DNA from: Craspedostauros australis | Taxonomy: Eukaryota | Assembly (NCBI GenBank): GCA_030167865.1 | Contig: JALAGF010006284.1 | Location: 1 to 64,000 of the forward strand | DNA: 64,000 bases | Direction of reading: 5' to 3' | Part shown: piece after piece, positions 35,299 to 47,574 of the stretch | How positions within the stretch are numbered: the first letter of the stretch is position 1 | Layout: each line of letters opens with the position of its first letter | Position numbers and translations under genes: made by a program | Notes under the pieces: model-generated | Seen by the model: only the letters and a program-made list of their open reading frames with translations | Told to the model about the DNA's origin: nothing | Databases searched by the model: none

Positions 35299-36738
35299 AT
35301 GACAGATAACATGACTGACAACATGACAGAACAAGACAAGCAACCAAACAAAGAGCAAAACAAACAAAAGAAGAAGTCAAAGTCACTGATGGGCGGATCG
35401 TCCCACCACAAATCCAGCCACCAGAAGGACGAGTTCGTAAGCGTGACGGTGCGCAAGGACACTGAGGAGGGCAAGAAGGCCAAGGTGGGCATCAAGCTGG
35501 TGCTGCAGGACAACGGGCGCGTGCGCGTCTCCGCCATCGCCAAGAACGGGCTCTTCGCTGACACGGAGGTGGAGGTGGGCGACACGCTGCTGAGCGTGAA
35601 CGGCAAGCGGCTGCGGCCCGGCGAAGGCGCCGAGGCCCTCATGAGCGTGATCACCAACACGCCCAAGGCCGTGACGTGCGTCGTGAAGAAGGCCAACGCC
35701 GTCTCCAGGCGCCCGGCCAAGAGCCAGTCCCTCCTGCGCAACAACAGCGCCCACGAGGCCAACGACAACAACGTCACCACGCAGCAGCGGTACCGCGGCG
35801 TGGCGCGCCACAACAAGGACGGCAGTCTGGCCTTCGATCGCGGCGCCGCGACCGCCAACGGAACGCCGGCCATGCAGCAGCTCACGGCCACGGTCGTCAA
35901 GGACGAGAAGGAGGACGACGTGGGCATCGCGCTCGTCGTCAAGGACGGCGCCCTCCTCATCGCCTCCATCGACAAGCTCTCGCCCTTCCAGGACACGCCG
36001 CTGCAGCTGCACGACAAGGTCGTCTCCATCAACGACATGAACTTCCTGCGCTACGCCGATGCCACCTACGCCACGCGCATCGTCGAGAAGGCCGCCAAGC
36101 ACGTCACCATCGTCGTGGAGCGCGCCGGCTCCGAGGCTCCCGCCAAGCGCACGAGGCCCGCCAAGAAGGCATCGTCCTCGTCGTCGAACCACTCCAAGCT
36201 GCCGCCCAAGAACCCCTCCTACATCAAGTCCAAGAAGTCGCAGGGCTGGTCCTCCATCGTGTCGGACAACACCACGTCCACCACGGCCACATCGGACGAG
36301 AACTCCATCGGCAGCATGAGCTCCACCAGCGACGACGCCAACAACTCCAACAACTCCACTCCCATCGTCCAAGACAACCCCTCCATCCACATGGCCGTCG
36401 CCAACGCCACAACCCGCATCCAACGCGTCGGCATCACGGCCCCCAAGCGCTTCGAGAAGCAGGAGGTCGGCCTCGTCATGAAGAAGGTCAAGAGCTGCCT
36501 CGTCGTCGATGAGATCCATGCCAAGTCCATCTTCCAAGGCACATCGCTGCAGGTCGGCGACTGCGTCCTCTCCATCAACAACACCAGCTTCGATGGCGCC
36601 AAGATCAGCGTCAAGAAGGCACAGCAGACGCTGCACGATTCCAAGGAGACCGTCGTGCTCGTCGTCGAGAAGCGCCAGACGGACTTTCATCTCAACGAGT
36701 CCTTCACGATGGATGGTTCGCAGAATCTTGTCTGGTAG
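35299..36738 (+). CDS. Protein with three PDZ domains
   Basis: Three repeats of 'VGI.L.......V..I....F..T.L.VGD..LS(V/I)N'; strong C/G-ending codon bias. Confidence 0.88.
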   Translation: MTDNMTDNMTEQDKQPNKEQNKQKKKSKSLMGGSSHHKSSHQKDEFVSVTVRKDTEEGKKAKVGIKLVLQDNGRVRVSAIAKNGLFADTEVEVGDTLLSVNGKRLRPGEGAEALMSVITNTPKAVTCVVKKANAVSRRPAKSQSLLRNNSAHEANDNNVTTQQRYRGVARHNKDGSLAFDRGAATANGTPAMQQLTATVVKDEKEDDVGIALVVKDGALLIASIDKLSPFQDTPLQLHDKVVSINDMNFLRYADATYATRIVEKAAKHVTIVVERAGSEAPAKRTRPAKKASSSSSNHSKLPPKNPSYIKSKKSQGWSSIVSDNTTSTTATSDENSIGSMSSTSDDANNSNNSTPIVQDNPSIHMAVANATTRIQRVGITAPKRFEKQEVGLVMKKVKSCLVVDEIHAKSIFQGTSLQVGDCVLSINNTSFDGAKISVKKAQQTLHDSKETVVLVVEKRQTDFHLNESFTMDGSQNLVW

Positions 36739-37530
36739 ATCGCTATGCGCGCACTAACATCGAGTCGCAGGTATCCACGCATGATAACATATATCAGCAG
36801 CAGCAGCAGCAAGGCATACTATAAGAGAATGGCCTGCCGTCTCTGGAAGCACGGCAAGGCATCACACGCGCACGCACGCATATATCAAAGCGCAAAAGGA
36901 TATAGCACCATACAAACAATAGAAATCAATCGCGAAAACAACACTATATCACTCTTGGCGGTTGCATGTTTGCGTTCATGATGGATGCTCTTGCTCGAAC
37001 GCACTCCTCAAGTGTTGGAGAACCAGGTCACAGATCTGCACCAAGAAGAACTTGCCATGCCAGCGCGCTGTTCTGCCCACATGCACCGTCCTCATCTCCA
37101 CTACAATCGCACATACCCACGCGCACACACCTGCGCACAACACTCATACCAATACCTTCGTCTCGAGTTTTCATATCTATTTTGTGAATAACTTGCTTGT
37201 GGAATTAAACCTATGTGTTTGTGTGTGTCTTCGTTTTTGCATGTTGAATGATGATGAACTGGGGAGTCGTGATGATGACCATCATGCCAGCCCGTGTCCT
37301 GTCATGGTGGCAAAGAACGATCCCATGACTTGTCGCGTGGACCAGTACCATGGCACACCGCGCCATCAAAGCGTAGATGGCGCGGCGGCATCCCTCGTGG
37401 GGAGAGCAGTGTGCGTCCAAGAGCTACTTCACTGCTGTGGGCAAGACCAAGCGCAACAAGTGCTCGGTCTGTGCACCACCAACGATTCGTGCAGGGCCAT
37501 ACACGGCATGGAAAATACTGCTGCCGTCGC

Positions 37531-40500
37531 TTACAGGCCTGGGGCGGATGCCTCGGCTGCCGCCAAGGCAGCCTTGGCCTCGGATTCGCATTCCAAAGCG
37601 ATGCAGACGATGTCCTCGACGAGGTCGGCGTCCTTGCAGTTGTCCTGGAAGACATCGAGGATCTGGGCCATGGTCTTCTGGTACTGGAGGCGGATCTTGG
37701 CCTCGGTGTTGTAGAAGGCCTGGCGGGACTTCAGGTCGTCGCGGAGCTTGGTGTTGGCCTTCTTGTACTTCTCGATGTTGCCAGTGAGGTTGGAAGTGTT
37801 GTTGTTCAGCTTCTTGGACTGGTTGTTCAACATCTCGAACGATGATCCAGCCGACTCGTTGGCCTGGATGAGGCGGGTGTTGGTCTCCTTCACCTTCTTC
37901 ATCTCCTTCTTGGCCTTGTCGTTGGCGCTCTTCAGCTTCTTGTTCTCCTTCTGCAAGAACGCAATGAGCTTGGCGCTCTCCTCGAGCTTGGTCTTCTGGG
38001 CGGCGGCCAGCTTGGCTGGTTCGGCGGCGTTGATCTTGATCTCCGTCTCCAGCTTCTCCTTGAGGTCCTCGGCCTCTTCGCGCGCCGCGTTGATGCGCTC
38101 CTGTCCTTCCTCCCTGCGCTCGTCCGCGCGGGCCTCGGCCTCCTTCAGCTGAACCTTCAGCTCCTCAACGCGGTCTTCGTACTTCTTGTACTCGCGCTTG
38201 GCGGAGCCTTCGCGCTCGGCGATCTCGGCCTCGAGCTTTCGCTTCCATGCCTCCTCCTCGCGCTGCTTCTTGAGCTTGGCTTCGCGCTTGAGCATTTCCT
38301 TGCGGGCCTTCTCGACCTCCTTCTTCGCCTTCATCTTGGCGATCATGGCGCGCATCCATTTCTGGATCATGTTGACGCCGTGTTTGCGAGCCTTCTGGCT
38401 ACCGCGGAGGCGCTTGCGGGTGAGGAAGCCACGGGCGAGACGCTGCATCTGGATGGCGTGGACCTCGAGGCCGGCGGAGCGGTGAGATTCAAGGTACTCT
38501 AGCGCTCCCATCTTGAAGTAAGATCGGGTCTTACCGCAGACGAACACGGTGACTGGCTTGCCGGTCTTTGGATCGTTCTCGGCCAAAGGCGCGAGGGCGC
38601 ACTTGAGCAGGGCCCTGCAGTCCCAGGTGAGCTTCTCCTCTGGCGACATGCTAGCCGTGCCCTCCGATGGGTACTTCTCCTTGTCCCACATCTGCCAAAA
38701 CTTGAATCGAACGACGGAGTTCTCGAGTCTGTTGGGGAAGGCCGAACGCGACAGGGTCACGGCGGCGACCACTCCGGCGCAACGGAGCTGCTCGATGGTG
38801 CTGAGGTGCTGCATGAGCAGCGGCTTCTTCGGGGCGTTTGGCTTGATGCAACGGATGTACTTGGACTCGGTGGTCTTGAGCATATTCATCAGCGACATGA
38901 GCTGGGTCTTGTACTTGGCCCACACGGTGGCGGCGACGAGGTTGGACTTGGCGCGCTTCGGTGGGGCCTTCTTGGCGACCTGGGCGGACTTGGTCTTGCT
39001 CTCGAAGTTGGTGCAAGAGTCGTTGGTCATGTGCTTGGCGATGATCTCGTTGGAGCACAGACTGGCGAGGTCGGACAGATCGGTTGGGAGGGTGTCCTGG
39101 TTACGGATGACGAACTCCTCGGCATCGTACATGACCTTTCCGGCGTAGTGATGGATACCGAATCCCATGCGGTTGACCTTGTTGGGGAAGAGGCACGGGG
39201 ATTGCTTGTTGGCGGCGAGGGCCTTGGTGACGAAGGCTTGGTCGGTTCCCTTTGGTCGGACGCACTCCTCGTTGAGCATGGCCAGGAGACCGGTCTTTCC
39301 TTCGATGAGGTCCAACACGTCGGTGTTGTCATCGTACTTGATCTCATCCAACGGAATGCCCTCCTTCTCGTACTCGTCCTGGACGGAGCGGAAGATATCC
39401 TCGGTGAACTTGGCCTGGAGCTTCTCGTTGGCGTAGTTGATACAGAGCTGCTCGAAGCGGTTGCGGACGAAGGACTCGAAACCGAAGATATCAAGGAGTC
39501 CGATGACACCGAAGTGTTCCATGAGTCCGGACTTGTAGTTGAGCTCGGCGGAGGTGGCGTCGTTGATGGCGCGCACCAGCCAGAGGAAGAGACGGCCGTA
39601 GATCTCCTTGGCGAAGGCCTCGGCGGATTCCTTGGCGACGGTGGCGTTGAGCGGGACCTTGTAGGTTTCGTTACGGGTCTTCATGGTACGCTCGGTGAAG
39701 CTGCACTCCATGGCCTCCTCTGGGACGCACATGATCTCGGACAGGGCGGCAAAGTCCTTGGTGGAGGTGACCACGGAACGCTCGTCGTCCTTTGGATCAG
39801 GTCCGAAGGTGAGGTTACCGATCTGCAGCACGATGATGATGGCCTGCATCAAGGTCATGAGGTTGTCGTCCTTGACGCCGACCTTCTCGAGGACCTTGAC
39901 AGTCTCGTTGAAGTGATCACCGTCCTTCATTCCCTCGATGGTGTCGGTGGGGGCCTTTCCGACGAATCTGAAGGACTCGTTGGTGGTGCCGGCGAGGTGG
40001 GACCAGTACTTGGTCTTGTGCTTGGAGGCGATGATCTGGTAGAAGATGTGGTAGGTACGCTCCTCAGGGTCGTGCATGACGACGCGATTCTTCTCGAGGA
40101 GGTAGACATCGCACTTGGATCCGGCGAGGACGCAGGTGGCCTTGTCGCGGCCACGGAACTCCTGCTCGGCCTTGGTGCCCATGTCGAACTGGAGCTGACA
40201 GTACTTTCCGAATCGGGAGGAGTTGTCGTTACGGCGGGTCTTGGCGTTACCGAAGGCCTCGAGCAAGGGGTTGGACTCGAGGACGCGGTTGACGACGACG
40301 TTGTTGCCGCCGCCCTTGGCGGTTGGTCCCTGCTGGCAGGAGGCGATGTGGTTCATGCAGATCTTGACGGTCTCGGTCTTTCCTGCGCCGGACTCTCCGG
40401 ACACCAGGATGGACTGGTCGTTGCCACCGAAGGCCAAACCGTTGTAGGCCAATGCGGAGGTCTCGTACACGTGCGGCTCGACCTGGCTGCGCTGGTCTCC

Positions 40501-41372
40501 GTCGACGTTCTCCCAGACCAAGATGCGTGCGTAGCGGTTTCGGACCTTCTCGGTGTAGATCTCCTTGAACCATTGGAATGGGTTCACGGCGATGATGATA
40601 TCACCGGTACGGGTGTATGGCTTTCCACTTCCGTGACGTTCCTTCAAGTTGAACAGAATGGCGGGCTGTCATGGCAAGTGGTGTTGATATGGGTGTTGGT
40701 ATGCGTGGTTGTTGTGGTTGTGGTTGTGATTATAGGTGGGGAATGTTGTGAGATCATGATGATGATGACAACGATGATGACAATGATGATGATGGGTGGA
40801 AATGAAGGGCACAATGGCATGCAAAGTCCATTCACCATCGTGGAAGCATGGTGCACGGATGCTGAAGTCATTCATGTGCTACCCATGGTCCGATTGGCTT
40901 CGCACACCTTCGCCAATTGGAGAATGACCGGGCATCGCATCTTGCTGCATGATGTTGCACCACATGATTCCGGATCATATCACATTACATCTTGCTCCAT
41001 GATGTTGTATGCTTTGAAATAGCACATGGCACCGCATGATGTCCATCCCTGCATATATACATGAGTCTTTGTATGCATCAATCTTACCTCGTGCAAGAAA
41101 GGAAGCTCCACCATGTCTGGGAAGGCGCGCAGGTTTCCAGATCCGTCCACATTCTGCATCGGCAAGACACCGCGGTTGTAGTCCTTGAGGGGGACCTCGT
41201 CGTCCTCGAACTTGGCGGCAGAGGCTCCTCCATCGCAGACGATGGACTGCTCGTCAGGGTACTGTGGCACGCGGACTTGGGCTTTCTTGCCATCGTCGTC
41301 GACTGTCTGGGCAGGGATCCAGGCGTACTCTGGATCTCGGATGAAGACGTATTGGGACTTTTTCTCGCCCAT
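37531..41372 (-). CDS. Myosin heavy chain (N-terminal SH3-like, motor, IQ, charged helix/coiled-coil tail); exons 41372-41088 and 40665-37531
   Basis: P-loop GESGAGKT, switch I NDNSSRFGK, switch II LDIFGFE, 'FEQLCINYANEKLQ', 'YIRCIKPN', 'EQLRCAGV'; splice GAG|gtaaga...cag|CCC restores 'LPFLHE-PAILFNLKER'; ~1139 aa. Confidence 0.96.
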
Positions 41373-41400
41373 CTTGCTGTTGGCGTTGCGTTGCTGCTAC

Positions 41401-41447
41401 TGTTGTGACTGTTGCGACTGTTGCGACTGTTGCGACTGTTGCGACTG
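41401..41447. repeat. 9-bp tandem repeat (TGTTGCGAC)n, ~5 copies, in the myosin 5' leader
   Basis: Directly visible. Confidence 0.85.
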
Positions 41448-42330
41448 CTGTGCTTGCTGGATGTCCAGGAGTCGTCTGGGGTATTATTATGATGCGATGG
41501 GGTGTGGAGGGTGATTCCAAGACTTCGGAGGTTGGCGACCTGGGTGGCACGCTCCGACTTTGTTTGTGTCTGTTGCTGTCACTTCTTCGCTCGCTGAAGA
41601 CCGCGTACGAGTCGAGTATGCGGATCTTGTGACTGATGTCTCAGCAACGCCCCTCTGCTTCGCTCTGTTGGTGTCGTCGTTGCCGTCGTTGTTGTTGTCG
41701 CAGAGGTGAAGCGTTCCTTCTTGGGAACAACGCGAGCGGCAAGAAACAACAGCAGCAGCCATCGCGGCAACACGTGATGACCAAAGATCTTGGGGGACTT
41801 TTTCTCGACATTCCCAAACGGCAACGAACAGTCTTCCGAAAACAAACACCTCTGATGACCTTTCTCCCACGCGGAATGCCTACTCGGATGACCCCGTCGA
41901 TGACTGATAGATCTTTCAGCTCGTGAACCATCATCTCGTGGGATTTGATTGGTATCTTTCTTGGTATCTATTGATTACTTCGAATGAAAGCCAACTTGTC
42001 GCCTTGATCGTGAACGCGCTTGCTTGGCACAACACAAGATTTTGTGACCGTTCGTGTTCAGCCGGTGTTGTTGTGCGATGCCCACTCTGGGGACAGCACG
42101 AACACATGCCCAATCCACGAGCAGCGCGGATGAGGGAGGTCATCAGCATCACTGCGATCCCTGTCTCCAATGCCACTTGACACTCTGCTCTCGACATCGG
42201 CATCACGCTGGGCACATCGCGGCAACAACAACAACGCCAACACCAACAACAACAACAACAACAACAACAACGGCACGCAGATGAAGGTAAACAACAGCAG
42301 CTTTCCTTGTATTACATGTTCTACATTACC

Positions 42331-44046
42331 TTAGTTTGTGCTCACACTAGTACGAATGTTGCCAGGAGTGCCACGAACGTCGCCGATCCCCAACCACGCC
42401 ATCACGGTGTCGTAGATGAGCTCCCGAACCTGCTGCGTTTCCACAGAATCCGTCGGTGACACTGCGTGCGTCCAAAAATGATGACTCGCGCCCTTCACCA
42501 TGATGGCGGGCAGATCCGTTCTCGTGGAGTTCTGAATCGCGAGCGTCGACCAAGGATCGACGTCTCCGTTGACGGAGAGGATGCGCGATCCACCGCTGAT
42601 GTCGAGGTCACCGTAATGATCTGCTGTGGCTTGCACATTTTCGTAGACGTTCGTGATGTTGTAGGCGACTTTGCAGATTTCGAGATCCATGTCCACCATG
42701 TGGAAGAAAGATGCGTAAGGACAGTCTTCCATGCAGGTTTGGTAAAAGCCAACCTCCGTGCAGGTCTGCCACAGCCAGCTCCTCCAGCCTTCGTCTGTCA
42801 CGGTGGGTTTGGCCAAGTTCTCGAGCATGGCCTGCCAACTGATCTCGTTGCAGTCGTCTTCGTCGTCACTGCCACTGTCGCTGTTTTCGTTATCAAGATT
42901 GTCGATGCCCATTTCCATGCTGGCGATGTAGGCCAGAGCATCAAGTTCGTTCACGTCTTCATCAGACCCCAACTTAGCGATCAAAGCCTCACATGCGTCG
43001 CCAATGTTGCACAGCTGCGAATCACTGCAGGATGGATCGTTGCTCTGGGCTGGAATGTAGATGAGTCCATCCCCCAGGAAAGTCTCTTGATTGCGAATCA
43101 CGTCAAACACTGTCTCCGGATTGCAAACATGGAACATGTTGCCCAAATGCACTGGATCATTGCGCACCATGTCCACCGCCTGTTCGTGCCCAGCCTTGAC
43201 GATATCGTAGCATGCCTGAGAGCCGCCGATCTTCTCGTATCGCAAATCCCAACCAACTCTCTGCTGGTACTGCGGGAAATCGACGATGAGATGGAGCGGC
43301 GCGGAATTGGAGACCGCGGAATGGATCAAATGGGGGTACTTGTACCGTGCCATGCCAGCCATGAAGCCGGGGTACGACCCGCCGAAGGTGACCCACGGGA
43401 TGGATTCATCATCGGCATTTCCTAATTTCCCTGCAACCTTGTTGGCGTGCTGCTGCTGCCGCGATTTCATCGTGGACACGAAATGAGCCAAATCCTCCAA
43501 CGCCTGACGACTGGAGAGGTACTTGAGGTTCTTGTTGGTCACAGGAGACTCCTCTGTTGTCATTGCCGTGGACGACGAGGGAAACTTGGGATACGACTTG
43601 CCGTAGTACCGATGCTCCAGCGCGTACACATGCACGCTGATCATGAATTTGGAATTCAGACGATGCGCCAATTCCAGCATATCACCGGAGCAATGCACCG
43701 AGTCGATGAGGACGGAGGCATCGAAGCCAGGACCCTCACCTCCGACGCAAAGAAAGGTGACTTCTCCCGCAGCCACATCACTCGCAAGTTCGTAACGATC
43801 CGTCACGAAGTACCGCTGCTGGTAGGTGCGGACATCGGCAGGATCGAAATGATCCAACCGTTGCGTGAAGTAAAGCTCCTGCACGTCCGCATCGTCTGCG
43901 TGCGCGGATGGAACGGAATCTGTCTTGCGCATGTCCTGCAGGATGTCGCGGAATCGATGGCGTCCCAACGCATCTGCGGATCGCACGTTTGTGCAGCAGA
44001 TCCACGCGACGAGAAGGAAGGCAGGCTTTGCCCAGTTGATCGTCAT
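42331..44046 (-). CDS. Serine peptidase family S28 (PRSS16/lysosomal Pro-X carboxypeptidase-like), secreted or vacuolar
   Basis: Signal peptide; 'TQRLDHF', 'LEHRYYGKS', 'LSSRQALED', nucleophile 'GGSYPG', 'NGDVDPW', 'GASHH'. Confidence 0.92.
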   Translation of the reverse strand: MTINWAKPAFLLVAWICCTNVRSADALGRHRFRDILQDMRKTDSVPSAHADDADVQELYFTQRLDHFDPADVRTYQQRYFVTDRYELASDVAAGEVTFLCVGGEGPGFDASVLIDSVHCSGDMLELAHRLNSKFMISVHVYALEHRYYGKSYPKFPSSSTAMTTEESPVTNKNLKYLSSRQALEDLAHFVSTMKSRQQQHANKVAGKLGNADDESIPWVTFGGSYPGFMAGMARYKYPHLIHSAVSNSAPLHLIVDFPQYQQRVGWDLRYEKIGGSQACYDIVKAGHEQAVDMVRNDPVHLGNMFHVCNPETVFDVIRNQETFLGDGLIYIPAQSNDPSCSDSQLCNIGDACEALIAKLGSDEDVNELDALAYIASMEMGIDNLDNENSDSGSDDEDDCNEISWQAMLENLAKPTVTDEGWRSWLWQTCTEVGFYQTCMEDCPYASFFHMVDMDLEICKVAYNITNVYENVQATADHYGDLDISGGSRILSVNGDVDPWSTLAIQNSTRTDLPAIMVKGASHHFWTHAVSPTDSVETQQVRELIYDTVMAWLGIGDVRGTPGNIRTSVSTN

Positions 44047-44179
44047 TGTTGCAGCTTGCAGAGTGCAGCGTGGTGAGTGTTGCTCTGTTTGCGTTTGTTC
44101 CTCTCGCTCAAACGATTGGCTCGGAATGGCCTGCTATGGTCTGGACGTTCAACGGAGACAGATGATCCTCAGTTGGGAC

Positions 44180-44258
44180 GATTGTGATTGTGATTGTGAT
44201 TGAAGTGGTTGTGATGGTTGTGATGGCTTTGATGGTTGTGATGGTTGTGATGGTTGTG
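44180..44258. repeat. (GATTGT)n then (GATGGTTGT)n simple repeats upstream of the S28 gene
   Basis: Directly visible. Confidence 0.8.
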
Positions 44259-44616
44259 GGCGAGTGCAGAAACGAAACAAGAACACAGGAAGGACAGCAC
44301 ACACACCAACAGACAACAACTGTCTCTTGACACATCACAGAACATGAACGAAGAACAGAAAAAAGATATCCTAATAACCACGACTGAAATGAGAGATGCT
44401 CATCCGTTCCGAGTCTACCAACAGGTACGACTATGCCACGTGACGTGGATAGAGCAGAGGAGAATCGAGGAGAGTAGAGATAAGCTTATTATCATACGCA
44501 TATTAGCATAACGACAGGCACCAAACCATGCAAGCACAATTGCCATCATCCATCGACTCGTTGTCACCATCCCTCCACTTGTGTGGAAGCTCATATCCCC
44601 GCCGGCGCAACTGCCT

Positions 44617-46566
44617 TCACTGGCCCAACGTTCGCAATCGATCGATCTGTTCGTCGTCATGAGAGATCCACAGCGTGCACAGCCCCGTCTCTTGACACGC
44701 GCGGACGATGGTTTGTTCCACCAGCAGCTTCGTGGGGATATCCAACGCGGACGTGCTTTCATCCAACAGCAGCACGCGCGGTTGGGATGCCAACGCGATG
44801 GCCAGCAGCATGCGCTGTCCTTCGCCGCCCGACAGGATGGACCACTCTTTGTCGATGCTGTCGGGTGCCATGTTCCATTCTTGCAGGTAGTTTATGGTGC
44901 TGTCCACCAAGTCGATGAACGTCATGGATGACGACGACGCGGAGGATGGCGACGCTTGCACTTTCTTGCGCACCGACAGGTTGTGCACCTTGTGCAAGAA
45001 CTGCTTGGGCGTGCCCGGAATGGTGACGCTGCTTTGGGGCACGTACCGCACATGGTACCTCCAAACGGTCCAGTCCATGCTGTTGCGCGCGAGTCCGTCG
45101 AGACGGATGGTGCCATCATCGGCGGATGCAAGGCCTGCCACCATGCGCAAGAAGGTGGACTTGCCGCTTCCGCTGGGTCCCGTGATGATGGCCACCTCAC
45201 GCGATCTCAGCGTGCACGACAGACCCTGAAACAGGATGGATGCTGCGTCGTCGTCGTTGTTGTTGATGCCGTTAGAATAGGTTGGGTCGCGAATCAGGCT
45301 GGTGTTGGGTGCTCCGTTTGTTGCAGACGATGCAACCGCGTGTATCGCACTCGGTCGCTTGAACGATTTGGAGAAATTGTCGATCGTGAGCACAGGCGTG
45401 GAGGAAGGCGCTTGCTTCTGCGCAACTGCGTCGCCGTCGTCATTGTTGTCGCTGCTGAATGAAGGATTGACGACCGTCTCGATGCGTATCCGTGTAGATG
45501 GTTGTGCCTGCACTTCGGATTGCGATTCCGCCATGAGGTACGTCGTTTCTGACACGGTACTCCCGGTGATGACGAGCGCCGACGAAGAGTGCTTGGATTG
45601 TGATGACGATAGCAAACGACCCTGCGTGACCAGCCGCCACACGCCCGCAACGAGGGAGGTCAACAGCGACGCCACGGCGCCCTTCTTGCCATCCATTTGG
45701 ATGAGCCGCTCGCGCGATCGCAGCATGGAGGTCTTCCGATCGAAGCAGACCCACACCGCGACGAAGACTTCGACCATGATCGTGCCGAAGGCGCAGACCG
45801 CGATGAAGTACATGATGAGCATCTGGTATCGCGCGGCATCGCCGACGGAGGCCCCGCCCAAGATCTGTCCCGTCATCATGCCGGGAATGCTGATGATGCC
45901 GATGATCGCCATGCTGTTGAGCTGCGGCATGGCGCCGGTGCGCACGGATTCCATCATGAATCGGGCTGTGGCCTCCCAGGGCGTGGCACCGAAGGCGAGG
46001 TGGAGGTCGATTTCGTTAGATCCCTCTCGCAGCAAGGTGAGCATGTTGTTGAGGGCCAAGGAGACGCCGTTGATGCAGTTGCCCAGCAGCATGCCGACGA
46101 TGGGGATGACGTACTGCGGTTCCCACACTGGCTGGGGTCGGATGATGACGCCGAAAGCGAAGATGGAGACGACGGAGACGTTGGAGAGGAGATTGAGCAG
46201 CACGAAGACGAACATGCCGCGGAAGGTGTACTTGGATCGTTTGGAGGCCTCGTAGCTTGCGAGGAGGACCATGAAGAGACAGTAGAGGATGACGATGTAC
46301 CAGTGCTCTGTCCCTTCGCGGAAGATGGGTTCCAAGATGAACCCCAGGATGGAGAGCTGGATGAAGGTCCGGACAGCACCCGTGAGGATGGCCGATTCCA
46401 AGTGCAGATTCATGGAGTACGACACGAACGCAACGAGGATGAGTGGCGTCATGGACAGCAGAAGAAGGGGCGTGGAGACATGCACCAATTCCTCGTTCTG
46501 AGGGAGGAAGCGGTGATGAGCATGGTAGTCATCCTCCAATGAGAGATGCGAGCGCTGTTGTGCCAT
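44617..46566 (-). CDS. Fused ABC transporter: UPF0014 permease (FetB/YbbM/ALS3-like) + ABC ATPase (FetA/YbbL/STAR1-like)
   Basis: Permease motifs 'RTFIQLSILG', 'PQYVIPIVGMLLGN', 'LAFGATPWEA', 'GIISIPGMMTGQILGG...AARYQ'; Walker A GPSGSGKS, Q-loop YVPQ, signature LSGGEGQR, Walker B LLLDES, H-loop ISH. ATG at 46566. Confidence 0.92.
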   Translation of the reverse strand: MAQQRSHLSLEDDYHAHHRFLPQNEELVHVSTPLLLLSMTPLILVAFVSYSMNLHLESAILTGAVRTFIQLSILGFILEPIFREGTEHWYIVILYCLFMVLLASYEASKRSKYTFRGMFVFVLLNLLSNVSVVSIFAFGVIIRPQPVWEPQYVIPIVGMLLGNCINGVSLALNNMLTLLREGSNEIDLHLAFGATPWEATARFMMESVRTGAMPQLNSMAIIGIISIPGMMTGQILGGASVGDAARYQMLIMYFIAVCAFGTIMVEVFVAVWVCFDRKTSMLRSRERLIQMDGKKGAVASLLTSLVAGVWRLVTQGRLLSSSQSKHSSSALVITGSTVSETTYLMAESQSEVQAQPSTRIRIETVVNPSFSSDNNDDGDAVAQKQAPSSTPVLTIDNFSKSFKRPSAIHAVASSATNGAPNTSLIRDPTYSNGINNNDDDAASILFQGLSCTLRSREVAIITGPSGSGKSTFLRMVAGLASADDGTIRLDGLARNSMDWTVWRYHVRYVPQSSVTIPGTPKQFLHKVHNLSVRKKVQASPSSASSSSMTFIDLVDSTINYLQEWNMAPDSIDKEWSILSGGEGQRMLLAIALASQPRVLLLDESTSALDIPTKLLVEQTIVRACQETGLCTLWISHDDEQIDRLRTLGQ

Positions 46567-47574
46567 TGTGGATCTTCCTTCCTCTTGCTTGATGCGTCTG
46601 CTGTTGCGCTTGGAATGGATGTTGTGTCTACAATGACGTATTATTTTATTCAATATAATATTCTATGATGTACAATAATGCCATGCAGATCATCAGGTGT
46701 GCGGATTGTGAGACATCCGACTCTTGCCATGTGCGCATGCTCTGTCCGACAGCTTTGCCGATAAGATCCACGACGGATGTGGCGCAATTTCGTCGGATGT
46801 TCACATCAACAAGAAGTGGTGGTTGGTTTCAGAGGCAAGAATCTTTTTTGGATCTTCATGCTTCCGCCAAAAGTTCAGCATTAAATCTCCACAAATGAAA
46901 TCATTCACGGAGCTGCCAACATCTGCTTTTGGTGTCGAAGCCAGGGATCGTGTCAAGCAGAATGCTCCTTCGTGAAGATCATCTGTTTGTTCGGGTCCAT
47001 GTTGGACAGGAACAAGATGTGGAGAAGAATGGAGTTCGAGCACTTGCACGACACATCCAGGCTCTGCTCTTCTGTTGCAGATTACTATTACATTACATTA
47101 CATTATACTTATACTTGTGTGGAAGGCTCGTAAGCTGAACAAAGCATAGCATGACTTGAACTTTGCTCGCGCAACGCTTCTTCCATGCATAGAATAGGCT
47201 CGTACGAGCAGAGTGTCATGTATTCTACTAGAATAATGTACTCATCATACATAATTGTAATAATGATTGTCTACTAAACGGATGCCTTGGGTCGTCGTCA
47301 TCGTCCGGCATCAGATCGTCCACAAAGAAGGAGGCAGGGAGTCGACTCCATTTCGTTCCATCCTGCTCATCTGTCCAGCCATCAAGACCGATTCCGAATC
47401 GCAACGGACCCGTCCATCCATGGTGATAGACATCCGCAACTAAGCAACTGGGCCAGCAACCAGACCATGAATAAATAAGCGAATGACCGAATCAACTCAC
47501 CAGTGAACTGCCCACCACCATCCGACTCGCTGATCGAGCCGTCAAAAAGAACACTGGGACTGCTCCGACTGTTC

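Noticed and set aside
38806..41022. 738-aa plus-strand ORF antisense to myosin
   Set aside because: Shadow ORF produced by biased codon use (few TTA/CTA/TCA codons on the coding strand); no motifs.
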